Positions 47,646 to 57,692 of a stretch of DNA of 64,000 nucleotides are shown here, piece by piece. Under the pieces are notes generated by a model, which had not been told where the DNA came from, did no database searches, and saw only the letters and a program-made list of their open reading frames with translations. The first letter of the stretch is position 1, and the number at the start of each line of letters is the position of its first letter. The DNA comes from a virus (Duplodnaviria; Caudoviricetes). Location of the stretch: the IMG/VR virus record IMGVR_UViG_3300029305_003178, positions 1 through 64,000 of that record. The stretch is one strand, 5' to 3'. Position numbers and translations under genes: made by a program.

Positions 47646-48323
47646 TTATCCTAAATATGTGCAAGATAAGGTGTCTTCATCTTCAGCAGCATAACCTAAT
47701 AATTTAATAGATTTACTACCGTCACCATTATCTATAATTGTATATTCAAAGCCTTCTTCGATCATCAAACCATTGTGGTATACTACCAGTTTGGAATTTT
47801 TGAAACCGTTAATATCGGTAATTTCTGTAGGAATAGCAAATGTATCGATACCGTCTTCAGTAACTTCAAATCTAGCACGAGGTAAACCATCAGGAAGTGC
47901 ATAATATACGAAAGAAATTGTATCACTAATAGCAGCAGTATAGTCAATAAATTCAATTGACATACTAGCACCATTTACTACTAAATCATAGTTAAGACCT
48001 TCTTCCAGTAATAAGCCATCCTGATATACTAATAACATTGATTTATCAAAGTCAGCAATACCAGAAATTTCTGTAGGAACAGCTACAGAACTAGAAACCG
48101 CAGTTATATTTACTCTGCTACGTGTCACAGAACCTTTATTACCACCTAAGCCACTTACAATAGACTGTACAAAGGCTGTAGATGCAGCTCTATTACTATT
48201 ATCTGTGATATCGGTGCATGTACCTGTTAACAGATAACCTTCTGCATCGTATCTCGCGATAACATTGGGTTTAGGTTCACAAGCAGTTTGTTTTCTTGTC
48301 AAACCTGTATTAATAACACCCAT
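47646..48323 (-). CDS. Virion protein with two LVYxxGL domains
   Basis: DNSNRAASTAFVQ fibre motif; LLVYQDGLLLEEG / LVVYHNGLMIEEG; late motif at 48355-48366. Confidence 0.7.
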   Translation of the reverse strand: MGVINTGLTRKQTACEPKPNVIARYDAEGYLLTGTCTDITDNSNRAASTAFVQSIVSGLGGNKGSVTRSRVNITAVSSSVAVPTEISGIADFDKSMLLVYQDGLLLEEGLNYDLVVNGASMSIEFIDYTAAISDTISFVYYALPDGLPRARFEVTEDGIDTFAIPTEITDINGFKNSKLVVYHNGLMIEEGFEYTIIDNGDGSKSIKLLGYAAEDEDTLSCTYLG

Positions 48324-48477
48324 TAGAGTCAGCTCCTTTCTTATAAAAATATTTTATATTATTGTTAAATTTAAATATTTTCACGCTTTGAATCTTAATT
48401 TTTCTTATTATATAGCATAAAAAATTATGATTAAAGTACCTAATATATTGTGCTAAAAATATTTACACTATTAAAAT

Positions 48478-48512
48478 ATTCCACTTGGTATAGATTGAAT
48501 ACCAAGTGGAAT
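48478..48512 (-). terminator. Hairpin terminator
   Basis: ATTCCACTTGGTAT-AGATTGA-ATACCAAGTGGAAT. Confidence 0.8.
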
Positions 48513-48521
48513 TATTATATT

Positions 48522-51500
48522 TTAGTTAATAATAGTGATATTCACAAAGAAAGAGCCTGTGGGTAAATCTACTGCATAGATTTCAGAATACCCATTATAC
48601 TCTGTGGTGTTACTAATAACAGATGCATTATTTGCAATTTCGGCACCTAAAACACCAATTACGTCCATCATAACTGTAGATGTAGATTTAATTAAGTCGG
48701 ATTTGATTGTATAAACATAATAACCTAATGTATCAAGTTTATTAACCCAACCATCTGTAGTAATTTCTACATTTTCAATTACATCTTTAGTAACGACAGA
48801 TCTATTATTCAGTAATTCATTTGTATTAGATTCAACTTCTTTGATGTATTCATACAGGTTAGTATAGTCACCACTTGTTAAGAAATCACCAAAGGAAACT
48901 TCATATTTAGTATCAATATTAGATACACCCTGGTATGTGATTCTATCGATACTTACATAACCTTCAAACCATGTATCATATTTAGGAATAATTACAATAC
49001 AAGCTCTACCAGTTTCTTCATTGTAAGTTAAGTAAATATTTTCGATATTAGCATCATTACTTGATGTAATAATTGCATTTGTCCAACTATTAGTTGCTTT
49101 ATCTAACTTACCTTCGATATGGATAGATGTTGTTGCAGGAATTTCGGTTGTTTTAAATACATGAGCATAAGGTCTAGTATCATCCTTTTCGATGAGTAAA
49201 TTTTTAGTTTCATCAAAGTCTGGACGTTTTATACTACTATTTATAATAGCATCATCTAACTTACCAGATTTAATAATAGCTAACTTACTACCTGATACTG
49301 TACCAAAGTAATATTCTTTTGGTGTACCATTTTTACAGAATAAAATATATTTACCACCGTAAATTAATTTACTCCACTGTAAAGGTACTGTAGGTAAATT
49401 TACATGTGTTGAATCGTCGATCTTTGCAATTCTATGATCAAGATTATTACCAACATCTGTTAATGTAAATACTTCTACATATGGAGCAGTATTATAAGTA
49501 ATAATCATTGTTTTAGCAGATGTATTTATCTGAATAGATGTTGGTGCTGCACCTAATGACAGACTAGTATTGTATGTTGTTTCAGGTGTAGAATATCCAT
49601 TGCTACCATCAGCATATTTAAGAATTTTAATATATGGTGATGCATTATACAGAACTACCATATAGCGTTTATAGAATGCTACATCAATAATTGTTGCATT
49701 AGGATTCCAGCCTGCACCATATTTGATATTATCTATAATTGTACCAGATGTTGTATTTGTAAGTTTGTAGAAATGGATATAATCACCATTGTTAACAATA
49801 TATGTTAACCAAGCTGTAGATTCAATATATTCGGATCTAATAAAATCTGTTACAATCATTGAGTTTATATAATCAGTAGTATTCACTAATATAAGTTTAT
49901 CAGTGGATTCTACGTATCTATAAATAGATACTCTATTTTCTGAACCACTGGCACTTGTAAATGTATGAGAAATGAACAGCATATTATCAATCCATTTAAC
50001 TGCATGAATTGTTGGATTATTAGTTGTTGTAACGCCGCTAATATTGTTTAATGGTAATTTATCTGTTTTAAAATGTAACATGCTACCATCATCTATAACT
50101 TTATAGAGATTTATTGTACCTGAAATACCATCATTACCATATGCAGATACGGACGCACAGTATTTGCCATCATTAGACATAGCAATCATTGGAGAAATAA
50201 ATGTGCCAGAAGACATAACAACGTCTTCTAAAACAATACCATTACTAATAAATGGTGTAATATTACCATGACCATTATGTAATACATAACCACAATTTGT
50301 AGTTGGAGAAATTAAAATATCTGTAACATCTTCAACATCATTTATGAATGTATGTGTTCTAGAACTATCAGCAATAACACCAGTTGCTGGATCTAAGTTG
50401 AATACCGAAACAACTCTTTTTGGTTCACCATCAGTTCTATAACCAAATCCGACTAAAGCTTCACTACCATATGTGAATGCACATGACTGATATACGACAT
50501 TATCTATAATGATATCCCTCATTCTACCAGGAGATCTAAAATTCTCAATACTATAGAATGTAAACCAGTTCTCTTGTGAGCATACGCCGACATATTTTAA
50601 ATCTTCGCTAATAGCAATATCTGTAATAGTTAACCCAATTGCTTGGAAATATACACCATAATATGATGCGGTCGCCGTTTCGCTTGTTGTGTATACAAAA
50701 ATATAGCCACCTTTTTCACCCGTAGCAAATACAAGATATTCACCGTTCTTAGATGTTATACATCGAGTTACTGAGAAGTTTGTAATTACTCCAGTAAAAT
50801 ATGTGCTGCTAATATCTGTGCATGTAATAGATGGAATAGCATCATTATATGCTGTTGTCATAGATAATGCAAAAGGTTTTAATGTATTATTATTAACACC
50901 AATAATAATATTTGGATTAGCTGTATAGCTAATAGATTTTGCGTAAATGGTAGAGATTGTATTGCTCATGTAAATAAAAATACTATCATCTGCACTTCTA
51001 TATGCAACATGAATACCAACACTATCTGCAATCAAGATACATCTATTATCTTTTGTAAAATTACATGAACGATCAGAAGTTAAATCAGTGAATGACATAA
51101 CTGTATTCATATATGTTAATTTTGTACCATTGACATTATAGACAATACCTTTACCAATAGTACCATCAGATACTTCTACATACATATATAAACCATTAGG
51201 GGACAGACAACTTCTAAGAGTTTGTGTAAATTTATCCTGTTCTGGGAAAGTACCAATAACACGCTGGTTGATATAATCAAAATTAACAGTATTGGCATTT
51301 TTAACTGTCATATCGATGTTAACAGTACCATCTTCTAAGCCTTTAGGCATATCGATAATCATATCACCGTATGTTACTGTATTAGAAGGGCTTTCACCAA
51401 CAAAAGCATCATTAATAATTGTAGTACCGCCTTCTTCACCAGTACCGTTTTCTTTACTTACAAATTTATTAGGATCCACAAAAGGTGTAAAACCTTCTTC

Positions 51501-51788
51501 AGTACCTAATTTTTCAATATCAGTTACATAGTATAAAGCATTTTTATCACCAGTAACTTTAACTACGTCCATCAACTTAACAGTAGCAACTGTTAAAGCC
51601 AATCTATCTTCATCTGTCTCTACTGTGTGCATAATACCACCAGGGGTAATAGTAGACAGATATTTTTTCAATGTTACATTATTTTCAATGTCATAATAAA
51701 CTTCATTTGTTGTATTAATAGGAAAATGAAGTCTATATGTGCCATCAGACTGCTTAATATAATTAAGAGCTACTAAAGCATTAGCCAT
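48522..51788 (-). CDS. Large beta-propeller virion / receptor-binding-type protein
   Basis: 1088 aa; WD40-like blades (LSPNGLYM, SKNGEYL, ISEDLKYV, MSNDGKYC); termini related to 51811..52197. Confidence 0.7.
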   Translation of the reverse strand: MANALVALNYIKQSDGTYRLHFPINTTNEVYYDIENNVTLKKYLSTITPGGIMHTVETDEDRLALTVATVKLMDVVKVTGDKNALYYVTDIEKLGTEEGFTPFVDPNKFVSKENGTGEEGGTTIINDAFVGESPSNTVTYGDMIIDMPKGLEDGTVNIDMTVKNANTVNFDYINQRVIGTFPEQDKFTQTLRSCLSPNGLYMYVEVSDGTIGKGIVYNVNGTKLTYMNTVMSFTDLTSDRSCNFTKDNRCILIADSVGIHVAYRSADDSIFIYMSNTISTIYAKSISYTANPNIIIGVNNNTLKPFALSMTTAYNDAIPSITCTDISSTYFTGVITNFSVTRCITSKNGEYLVFATGEKGGYIFVYTTSETATASYYGVYFQAIGLTITDIAISEDLKYVGVCSQENWFTFYSIENFRSPGRMRDIIIDNVVYQSCAFTYGSEALVGFGYRTDGEPKRVVSVFNLDPATGVIADSSRTHTFINDVEDVTDILISPTTNCGYVLHNGHGNITPFISNGIVLEDVVMSSGTFISPMIAMSNDGKYCASVSAYGNDGISGTINLYKVIDDGSMLHFKTDKLPLNNISGVTTTNNPTIHAVKWIDNMLFISHTFTSASGSENRVSIYRYVESTDKLILVNTTDYINSMIVTDFIRSEYIESTAWLTYIVNNGDYIHFYKLTNTTSGTIIDNIKYGAGWNPNATIIDVAFYKRYMVVLYNASPYIKILKYADGSNGYSTPETTYNTSLSLGAAPTSIQINTSAKTMIITYNTAPYVEVFTLTDVGNNLDHRIAKIDDSTHVNLPTVPLQWSKLIYGGKYILFCKNGTPKEYYFGTVSGSKLAIIKSGKLDDAIINSSIKRPDFDETKNLLIEKDDTRPYAHVFKTTEIPATTSIHIEGKLDKATNSWTNAIITSSNDANIENIYLTYNEETGRACIVIIPKYDTWFEGYVSIDRITYQGVSNIDTKYEVSFGDFLTSGDYTNLYEYIKEVESNTNELLNNRSVVTKDVIENVEITTDGWVNKLDTLGYYVYTIKSDLIKSTSTVMMDVIGVLGAEIANNASVISNTTEYNGYSEIYAVDLPTGSFFVNITIIN

Positions 51789-51810
51789 AGCTTACAACTC
51801 CTTTCATTTT

Positions 51811-52197
51811 TTAATTAATAATTGTGATGTCCATATTCATTGGACCGGAAGGCATTTCTGTAGCATACATTGTGATTGTACCATTACCTTCTGTTGATAC
51901 TGGTAATAAACCACATTCTACTGAAATGTCATAACTTGTAATATCAGATAATTCAATTGTTACATGAGATGTTGGTTTTACGTTTTCGTTAGTAAAAATA
52001 CATTCATAATAACCAGATGTTCTATTGAGCATAAAATTACTAATAGACTGATTCATTAATGTAATTTTTTTAACTAAAATTTCTTCTAAAGTTTCACCAC
52101 CAACTTTATCAGTAAATATTTTACTTGTTGTTGTGGCCTGACCTAAAGGTTTAAAAGAACCATCGGTCTGTTTCTGTAAAGGGACGAAGCTCGCCAT
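51811..52197 (-). CDS. Small virion protein
   Basis: C-terminal ~80 aa highly similar to 7778..8173. Confidence 0.75.
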   Translation of the reverse strand: MASFVPLQKQTDGSFKPLGQATTTSKIFTDKVGGETLEEILVKKITLMNQSISNFMLNRTSGYYECIFTNENVKPTSHVTIELSDITSYDISVECGLLPVSTEGNGTITMYATEMPSGPMNMDITIIN

Positions 52198-52215
52198 AAC
52201 AATATCATCCTTCCA

Positions 52216-53166
52216 TTATTTATCTATATTCAGTAAATCATTATAAATCTTAGCACCATGACTATCTACAATGGTCTCTAAAATATACTGGTTATTGATA
52301 TAACCACCATTAGTCACAGACATAACATTGTAAATAAAATAAGGGAAAGATTCTAATGATAATAAGTTACTATCATAATACATTGAAATGAATGCTTCAA
52401 GATAGTTTCTAGTATTTAATCCTTTAAGATTTAATCCATATTTAGGATCAGCTATTGTTGTGATGAATGTATTGATATCATTATATGCTTCATCAGGGAT
52501 TAAATCATTAATTTCTTTTAAGCTATATAAATTACCATTAGGGCAATTTTTAATAGCATAATTGAAAGTTAATTCACTATTTTTCATACCAAGAATATTA
52601 ATCATAAAGAATTTACTAGAAAGCATTAAAATCTTATGATATTTAGTTTTATCAACATTTAATGCATATCTTTTATTCAATGTACGAGTAAACATCATTG
52701 AGTAGATTGCAGAACCATGAGTAATTAATGCTGTTCGTGTAGATAACTGGTGCTGATTTTCGTAGCATAATCTAGCTAAGTAAGCACCTTCTAATAAACA
52801 GTATAATTTTTTAGGATCAATTTTAATTGAACCGGTTTCTTTATCCATGGAACCATATGTATCTAATGCAACTACTGCAATAATAAGACCATTAGTACCC
52901 TTAGTTAAAAAGAAGGGTAAACATGTTGGAAGCTTTGCCTGTGTTGTGCAAAATTTTAATAAAATTTTACCACTATTAACAGCTTCCAACACTTTATATT
53001 TCAATGGATATTTGAAGTTCTTATTAATAATCATCAGTGGTTCATCAATCTGATCTTTTGTTACCGTAATACCATTATGTAACAAACCACTAATGTTAGT
53101 AGTTAAAGCACTTGATTTGTTTAAGTGAGTGTATATAAATGTAGATTCAAGGGATTTAAGTGCCAT
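52216..53166 (-). CDS. Putative virion protein
   Basis: 316 aa; late motif at 53198-53209. Confidence 0.65.
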   Translation of the reverse strand: MALKSLESTFIYTHLNKSSALTTNISGLLHNGITVTKDQIDEPLMIINKNFKYPLKYKVLEAVNSGKILLKFCTTQAKLPTCLPFFLTKGTNGLIIAVVALDTYGSMDKETGSIKIDPKKLYCLLEGAYLARLCYENQHQLSTRTALITHGSAIYSMMFTRTLNKRYALNVDKTKYHKILMLSSKFFMINILGMKNSELTFNYAIKNCPNGNLYSLKEINDLIPDEAYNDINTFITTIADPKYGLNLKGLNTRNYLEAFISMYYDSNLLSLESFPYFIYNVMSVTNGGYINNQYILETIVDSHGAKIYNDLLNIDK

Positions 53167-53254
53167 AGAATCACGAACTCCTTTCTATTAAAACTTTTAT
53201 TATATTGTTTCCAGTGTAAAAAATAGAGAGAATACGAAAAAAAAAAGAAAGTCA

Positions 53255-53842
53255 TTAAGACTTTCTTTTTACATTTCTAATTTTATATGATACTACTTGA
53301 TCTTTAGTGATTTCCCAGAATGTGGCTTGTACGTAACGACCATTCCAACAAAAATCATTTTGAAATGGTGTAATATCAAATACATCTTCCCATGAAGATT
53401 TAGTAACTTTTTCTTGCATATCTCTAGATAAAGAATCAAACCATTCTTCTACTTTCCAAAAAGATTCTTCATTCGTAGATGTATTATAAAATCTATTATT
53501 CAATACATTATGCCAAGAATTATAATCGCTTAAAACAACTTTGTCATCGGGAATTTCAAATTCTATACATACTTCAGGTTCTTTACTTTTAAAAAGTAAA
53601 GTTCTGAAGTCTGGTTTTTTATTTTCCCAATCAATCTTATACCATGCCCATAAAGGATAAAATGCTCCATAAGGAGATTCGCCAATTTTATCATACATTC
53701 TCATTACCAGCCATTTATATGCATCGAGATGTCTATGATGATTTTTATATAAATCCTCTACAATATTAGCAGGACATCTAAGTACTCCCGTTTCCATCAA
53801 TTCATTAAATGCTTCTATTGTTTGTACTGTCCATAATCTCAT
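53255..53842 (-). CDS. DUF3841-family protein
   Basis: LWTVQ...YKWL...YPLWAWY...PDFR...VVLSDYNSWHNVLN...QATFWEI; early motif at 53869-53878. Confidence 0.85.
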   Translation of the reverse strand: MRLWTVQTIEAFNELMETGVLRCPANIVEDLYKNHHRHLDAYKWLVMRMYDKIGESPYGAFYPLWAWYKIDWENKKPDFRTLLFKSKEPEVCIEFEIPDDKVVLSDYNSWHNVLNNRFYNTSTNEESFWKVEEWFDSLSRDMQEKVTKSSWEDVFDITPFQNDFCWNGRYVQATFWEITKDQVVSYKIRNVKRKS

Positions 53843-53887
53843 TTCATATTACCCCCTTTATTAATTGTATAATATATAAATGAAAAA

Positions 53888-53919
53888 TAGAGAGATTGGA
53901 AAATAATCCAATCTCTCTA
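53888..53919 (-). terminator. Hairpin terminator
   Basis: TAGAGAGATTGGA-AAATAA-TCCAATCTCTCTA. Confidence 0.8.
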
Positions 53920-53931
53920 AATATATTTAAA

Positions 53932-55281
53932 TTAAGCTTTAACAACATCTTCGAATACAACGATAAATTTACCATAGCCAACGCTAGGAATGTATACATA
54001 GTATTCATAAGAACCAGAAGCAGCTTTTTCCAGTGGTGCACCTGTATAGTTTCTAGCTTTACCAATTACATTATCAATTGTACCCAGTTTTTCCAGGGGT
54101 ACCAGACCGTAACTGATTTTACCATTTTCTACAGTTTTTGTATAACACACTGTATCTCTCATAATCTGTTCTTCACCTGCAAACAGTTCGAATGCGATGT
54201 AGGACTGACCATGTTCTCTTCTATGTGTAATGACATCAACATCACCTTCAACGGATTTGGAGATTTCATTTGCATAGCCATTTATTGTACCCAGAGCATA
54301 AACTTCACCAGCTCTCAGTACCTTACCATATTTAATACCTGCTTTGATCAGGAAATCATAACCATTTACAGTTACTTTGATATCACCATCAACTTCAGCA
54401 CTTGTAAAGATTACAGGAACTGCAACGAACAGTGTACCATCTTCTACTTTAAATGCAGGTGCAACAATAAAGCTATTATTACCAACACTCAGTCTAATTG
54501 TCTGATCTTTTGTGAATGTTAATTCACCGACTGTGATTTCATCAGCATCACTAATACCAGAAGCTACTTCTGTATAGAAAGATTCAGAAGCTTCTAATGT
54601 CTTGTTGCTACCAGATTTATTATAGTATGTGTCTTTCAGTTCAACTGTTTTAGCTGCTGTTTTTTCAGCAACTACTGCAGAGCGTTCAACTTCTGGAACA
54701 AAACCATCTACAGAGAATACTTCTCTATCGGATGTATTAAACATAATCAAACTATTTACTTTTTTCATTACTCTAGCAACGAATGTATATTCGCCGGGAT
54801 CGTTGACTGTTTCAACAGCTTCAACCAGTTCACCATTCCACATTACACAAACAGGTTTGGATGTGGATCTAAATGTTACCATTGTAGCATCTACAACTTT
54901 AATATCGGAAATAATCATATCTTCAGCAGTATCTACAGCCAGATCAACAATTTTGTCCATAGGTACTACATGAATGTCAGATGCATATACATCAGAACAG
55001 TCAACTACGATAGCTGTAGGAGTTACTTTTTTAGCAAAGATAGATTCTGTGCTGTGTTCACAATCGTTAGCAGTATTAATAACTTTTTCTGTTGTTTTAA
55101 TTACTTTAACGATACCATCGATAGTAACTTCTTTACCTTCAGCATTAACATATACTAAGTTTTTAATCAGCTGACCTTCTTTAAGTTCAACCATTTTATA
55201 GGAACCGTTTTCATAGTTAAGTTTAACTTCAACTAAAATTTTAGAAATCGGTGTAACAGATTTCAATTTTAAATTAGCCAT
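53932..55281 (-). CDS. Putative virion protein
   Basis: 449 aa, beta-rich; late motif at 55320-55331. Confidence 0.65.
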   Translation of the reverse strand: MANLKLKSVTPISKILVEVKLNYENGSYKMVELKEGQLIKNLVYVNAEGKEVTIDGIVKVIKTTEKVINTANDCEHSTESIFAKKVTPTAIVVDCSDVYASDIHVVPMDKIVDLAVDTAEDMIISDIKVVDATMVTFRSTSKPVCVMWNGELVEAVETVNDPGEYTFVARVMKKVNSLIMFNTSDREVFSVDGFVPEVERSAVVAEKTAAKTVELKDTYYNKSGSNKTLEASESFYTEVASGISDADEITVGELTFTKDQTIRLSVGNNSFIVAPAFKVEDGTLFVAVPVIFTSAEVDGDIKVTVNGYDFLIKAGIKYGKVLRAGEVYALGTINGYANEISKSVEGDVDVITHRREHGQSYIAFELFAGEEQIMRDTVCYTKTVENGKISYGLVPLEKLGTIDNVIGKARNYTGAPLEKAASGSYEYYVYIPSVGYGKFIVVFEDVVKA

Positions 55282-55319
55282 AATTATGAGCCTCCTTTAT
55301 AATAAAAATAATTATTTTT

Positions 55320-55385
55320 TACTTTATTGTTTCAATATTAAGAATTACTGTATCCGTATTTATTAGATTTTTAAATATATATTAT
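55320..55385. promoter_or_regulatory. Back-to-back late (-) and early (+) promoters
   Basis: AACA-ATAAAG-TA on -; AATATATATTAT on + at 55374-55385. Confidence 0.65.
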
Positions 55386-55389
55386 TATT

Positions 55390-55731
55390 GTGAATGAAAG
55401 ATGTATAATGCATTTTATCATTCAAATGTAACTAATTATCATTATTTATTAAAAGTTTTAAAATTAAAATGACACACCAAATGATTAATTGTACTATGCT
55501 AGCGGGCAATTGATCACCAAGGATTATTATTGTATCGTGCACATATAATAATATCCAGGCAATCTGGTCTCCCTATGGAGGTATATTCAAAAATCCCAGA
55601 ATATATGAACGGTGTGGTGCATTATACGTATGCATTCTAAAACCAGGGGACTAAGTAAAAGCAAGATCAGCTTTTAAGAGACAACCTAAATATGACTTCT
55701 CAATTTCGATGGGTGGTTGTCTTTTTTTTTT
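55390..55731 (+). ncRNA. Candidate structured non-coding RNA, family not recognised
   Basis: No ORF in the track; own early promoter; consecutive stem-loops; AGACAACC/GGTTGTCT plus T10 terminator. Confidence 0.55.
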
Positions 55732-55795
55732 GTTTTAAATAGTATTTTCTATCTCACATTAATTATAAGACAGAAATAGAAAGGTGGTGCTATAA

Positions 55796-56446
55796 ATGAA
55801 ATATAGTTCTCATAGCACTTATTATAATAAAGAAGGTATAGAAGTTCCTAGTGTAACTACTATACTTAAAATATTAAATAAACCAGCATTAACCACATGG
55901 GCTAATAATCTAGGCTGGAATAGAAAAAGCGTTAAAAAAGTATTAGAAGAAGTTTCTGATATTGGAACAGCTGTACATGAAATTATTAACTGTATATTAG
56001 CTAAAAAGAAATTAGAATATAGTAAATCACATATTCCATTTGATGTATTGTATCCGTATGTAATGAACTTTATGAAGTTCTATAATGATCATACATTCGA
56101 ACCAATTATATTAGAAGAATCTCTTAGTGTAGATAATTTTGGTGGCACAATAGACTATTATGGTAAATTAGATGGAAAATATACAATTATAGATTTTAAG
56201 ACATCTAAACAGATAAGAATGTCGATGTTTTTACAACTTGCTGCATATTGCATTATGTTGGAAAAGTATGGTCATACTGTAGAGCAAGTGGGTATATTAC
56301 TAGTAAATAATAAAAATGGCGGATTTAGATGTATATCTAGAGAAGAATTAGATCCATATATAGAAGTATTTAATGCTTTAGTAACTTTATTTCATTTGTA
56401 TTATAATCTTAACGAAAATGAAAATTGGCATGAAATGATTATTTAA
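55796..56446 (+). CDS. PD-(D/E)XK (RecB/Cas4-like) exonuclease
   Basis: PSVTTIL, GTAVH, GGTID, IIDFKTS, LQLAAY. Confidence 0.9.
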   Translation: MKYSSHSTYYNKEGIEVPSVTTILKILNKPALTTWANNLGWNRKSVKKVLEEVSDIGTAVHEIINCILAKKKLEYSKSHIPFDVLYPYVMNFMKFYNDHTFEPIILEESLSVDNFGGTIDYYGKLDGKYTIIDFKTSKQIRMSMFLQLAAYCIMLEKYGHTVEQVGILLVNNKNGGFRCISREELDPYIEVFNALVTLFHLYYNLNENENWHEMII

Positions 56447-56498
56447 TAAAAATAAATTCAGATATATATTATATAATCAGAAAGGTTAGTGATATAAT

Positions 56499-57662
56499 AT
56501 GAAAGAAGAAAAAGTTTATATAGGAGCAGTAATCTCCGATATACATTACGGAGCTACTAATGCAGATGATTTAATGAAAGAATTAGATGAATCTTTTATT
56601 AAACATTTGAAATCATTAAAAATATTAGATTATATCGTAATTGCGGGAGATTTATTTGACTCTAAATTATCCCTCAATTCGGATCATACAAAAAATGTAT
56701 TTATTTTCATGAAGAAAATAATTGACATTTGTCGAGATAAGAACACTAAATTGAGAATCATTAAAGGAACAGAATCGCATGATAATTCTCAATTAAATAT
56801 ATTAAAATTCTTTGATGGTATTGATATGAAGATTATAGAAACTGTAACATCAGAAGAATTATTTCCTAATTTTAAAGTATTATATATACCAGAAGAGTAT
56901 GTACAGGATCAAAATGAGTATTACAAAGAATATTTTAATAATACTTATGATATGGTATATGGGCATGGTATGATTAATGAAGTATCATTCGTTAGTAAGA
57001 ATCAAGAGAGCGAAATGACTATGAATAAAGCACCAATATTTAAATCAGATGATTTATTACGAATATCTATCGGTCCTGTATTCTTTGGTCATATTCATAC
57101 GACTCAATGTATTAAGAAAAGATTTTTCTATTGTGGTTCATTCTCTAGATGGGTATTTGGTGAAGAATCTCCAAAAGGATTTTATATAGTAGCATATACT
57201 CCAAAAACAGGTAAATATAAAGTCGAGTTTATAGAAAATAAACTTGCTAAAAAATATATTACTGTAAAGGTAGAGGATGGTTCATCATTATATAAATTAG
57301 ATGGTGATAAACAATTAGAATATATTTTAGATATATCTAAAAGAATAGACTTTTATAAACTTCGATTAATCTTTAATATTCCAGAAACGTACGAGAATCC
57401 TGCAGCACTGACAGCATTAATTACAGATATATTTGCGAAACAGTCTAATATAAAGGTTATTGTAAATAATAATTCTAAAGATATATTAAAGAGAAAAGAA
57501 AATGAAGAAAAAATAAAAAATCTATTAACTGCATATGGATTCATATTTGATAAATCTGTCAACATAGATGAAAAGATATGTCGGTTTATAAAGATAAAAA
57601 ATAATAAAGATATATCTACAAAGAAAATGAGAAAGTACCTATATGAGAAGATAAATTTATGA
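56499..57662 (+). CDS. sbcD: SbcD/Mre11-like metallophosphoesterase nuclease
   Basis: ISDIHYG, IAGDLFD, GTESHD, GHG, FGHIH, GSF; early motif at 56463-56472. Confidence 0.85.
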   Translation: MKEEKVYIGAVISDIHYGATNADDLMKELDESFIKHLKSLKILDYIVIAGDLFDSKLSLNSDHTKNVFIFMKKIIDICRDKNTKLRIIKGTESHDNSQLNILKFFDGIDMKIIETVTSEELFPNFKVLYIPEEYVQDQNEYYKEYFNNTYDMVYGHGMINEVSFVSKNQESEMTMNKAPIFKSDDLLRISIGPVFFGHIHTTQCIKKRFFYCGSFSRWVFGEESPKGFYIVAYTPKTGKYKVEFIENKLAKKYITVKVEDGSSLYKLDGDKQLEYILDISKRIDFYKLRLIFNIPETYENPAALTALITDIFAKQSNIKVIVNNNSKDILKRKENEEKIKNLLTAYGFIFDKSVNIDEKICRFIKIKNNKDISTKKMRKYLYEKINL

Positions 57663-57692
57663 TATTCTAATATAGGGAGGGGGAATCTAATT

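Noticed and set aside
55390-55731. T-box, known riboswitch, tmRNA, SRP or RNase P identity
   Set aside because: Diagnostic motifs (GGTGGNACC, tRNA-like ends, GGAA domain IV, GAGGAAAGTCC) not found by eye; an Rfam scan is still needed
55796-56446. CRISPR-associated Cas4
   Set aside because: No four-Cys Fe-S pattern and no array or cas genes; ordinary phage PD-(D/E)XK exonuclease motifs
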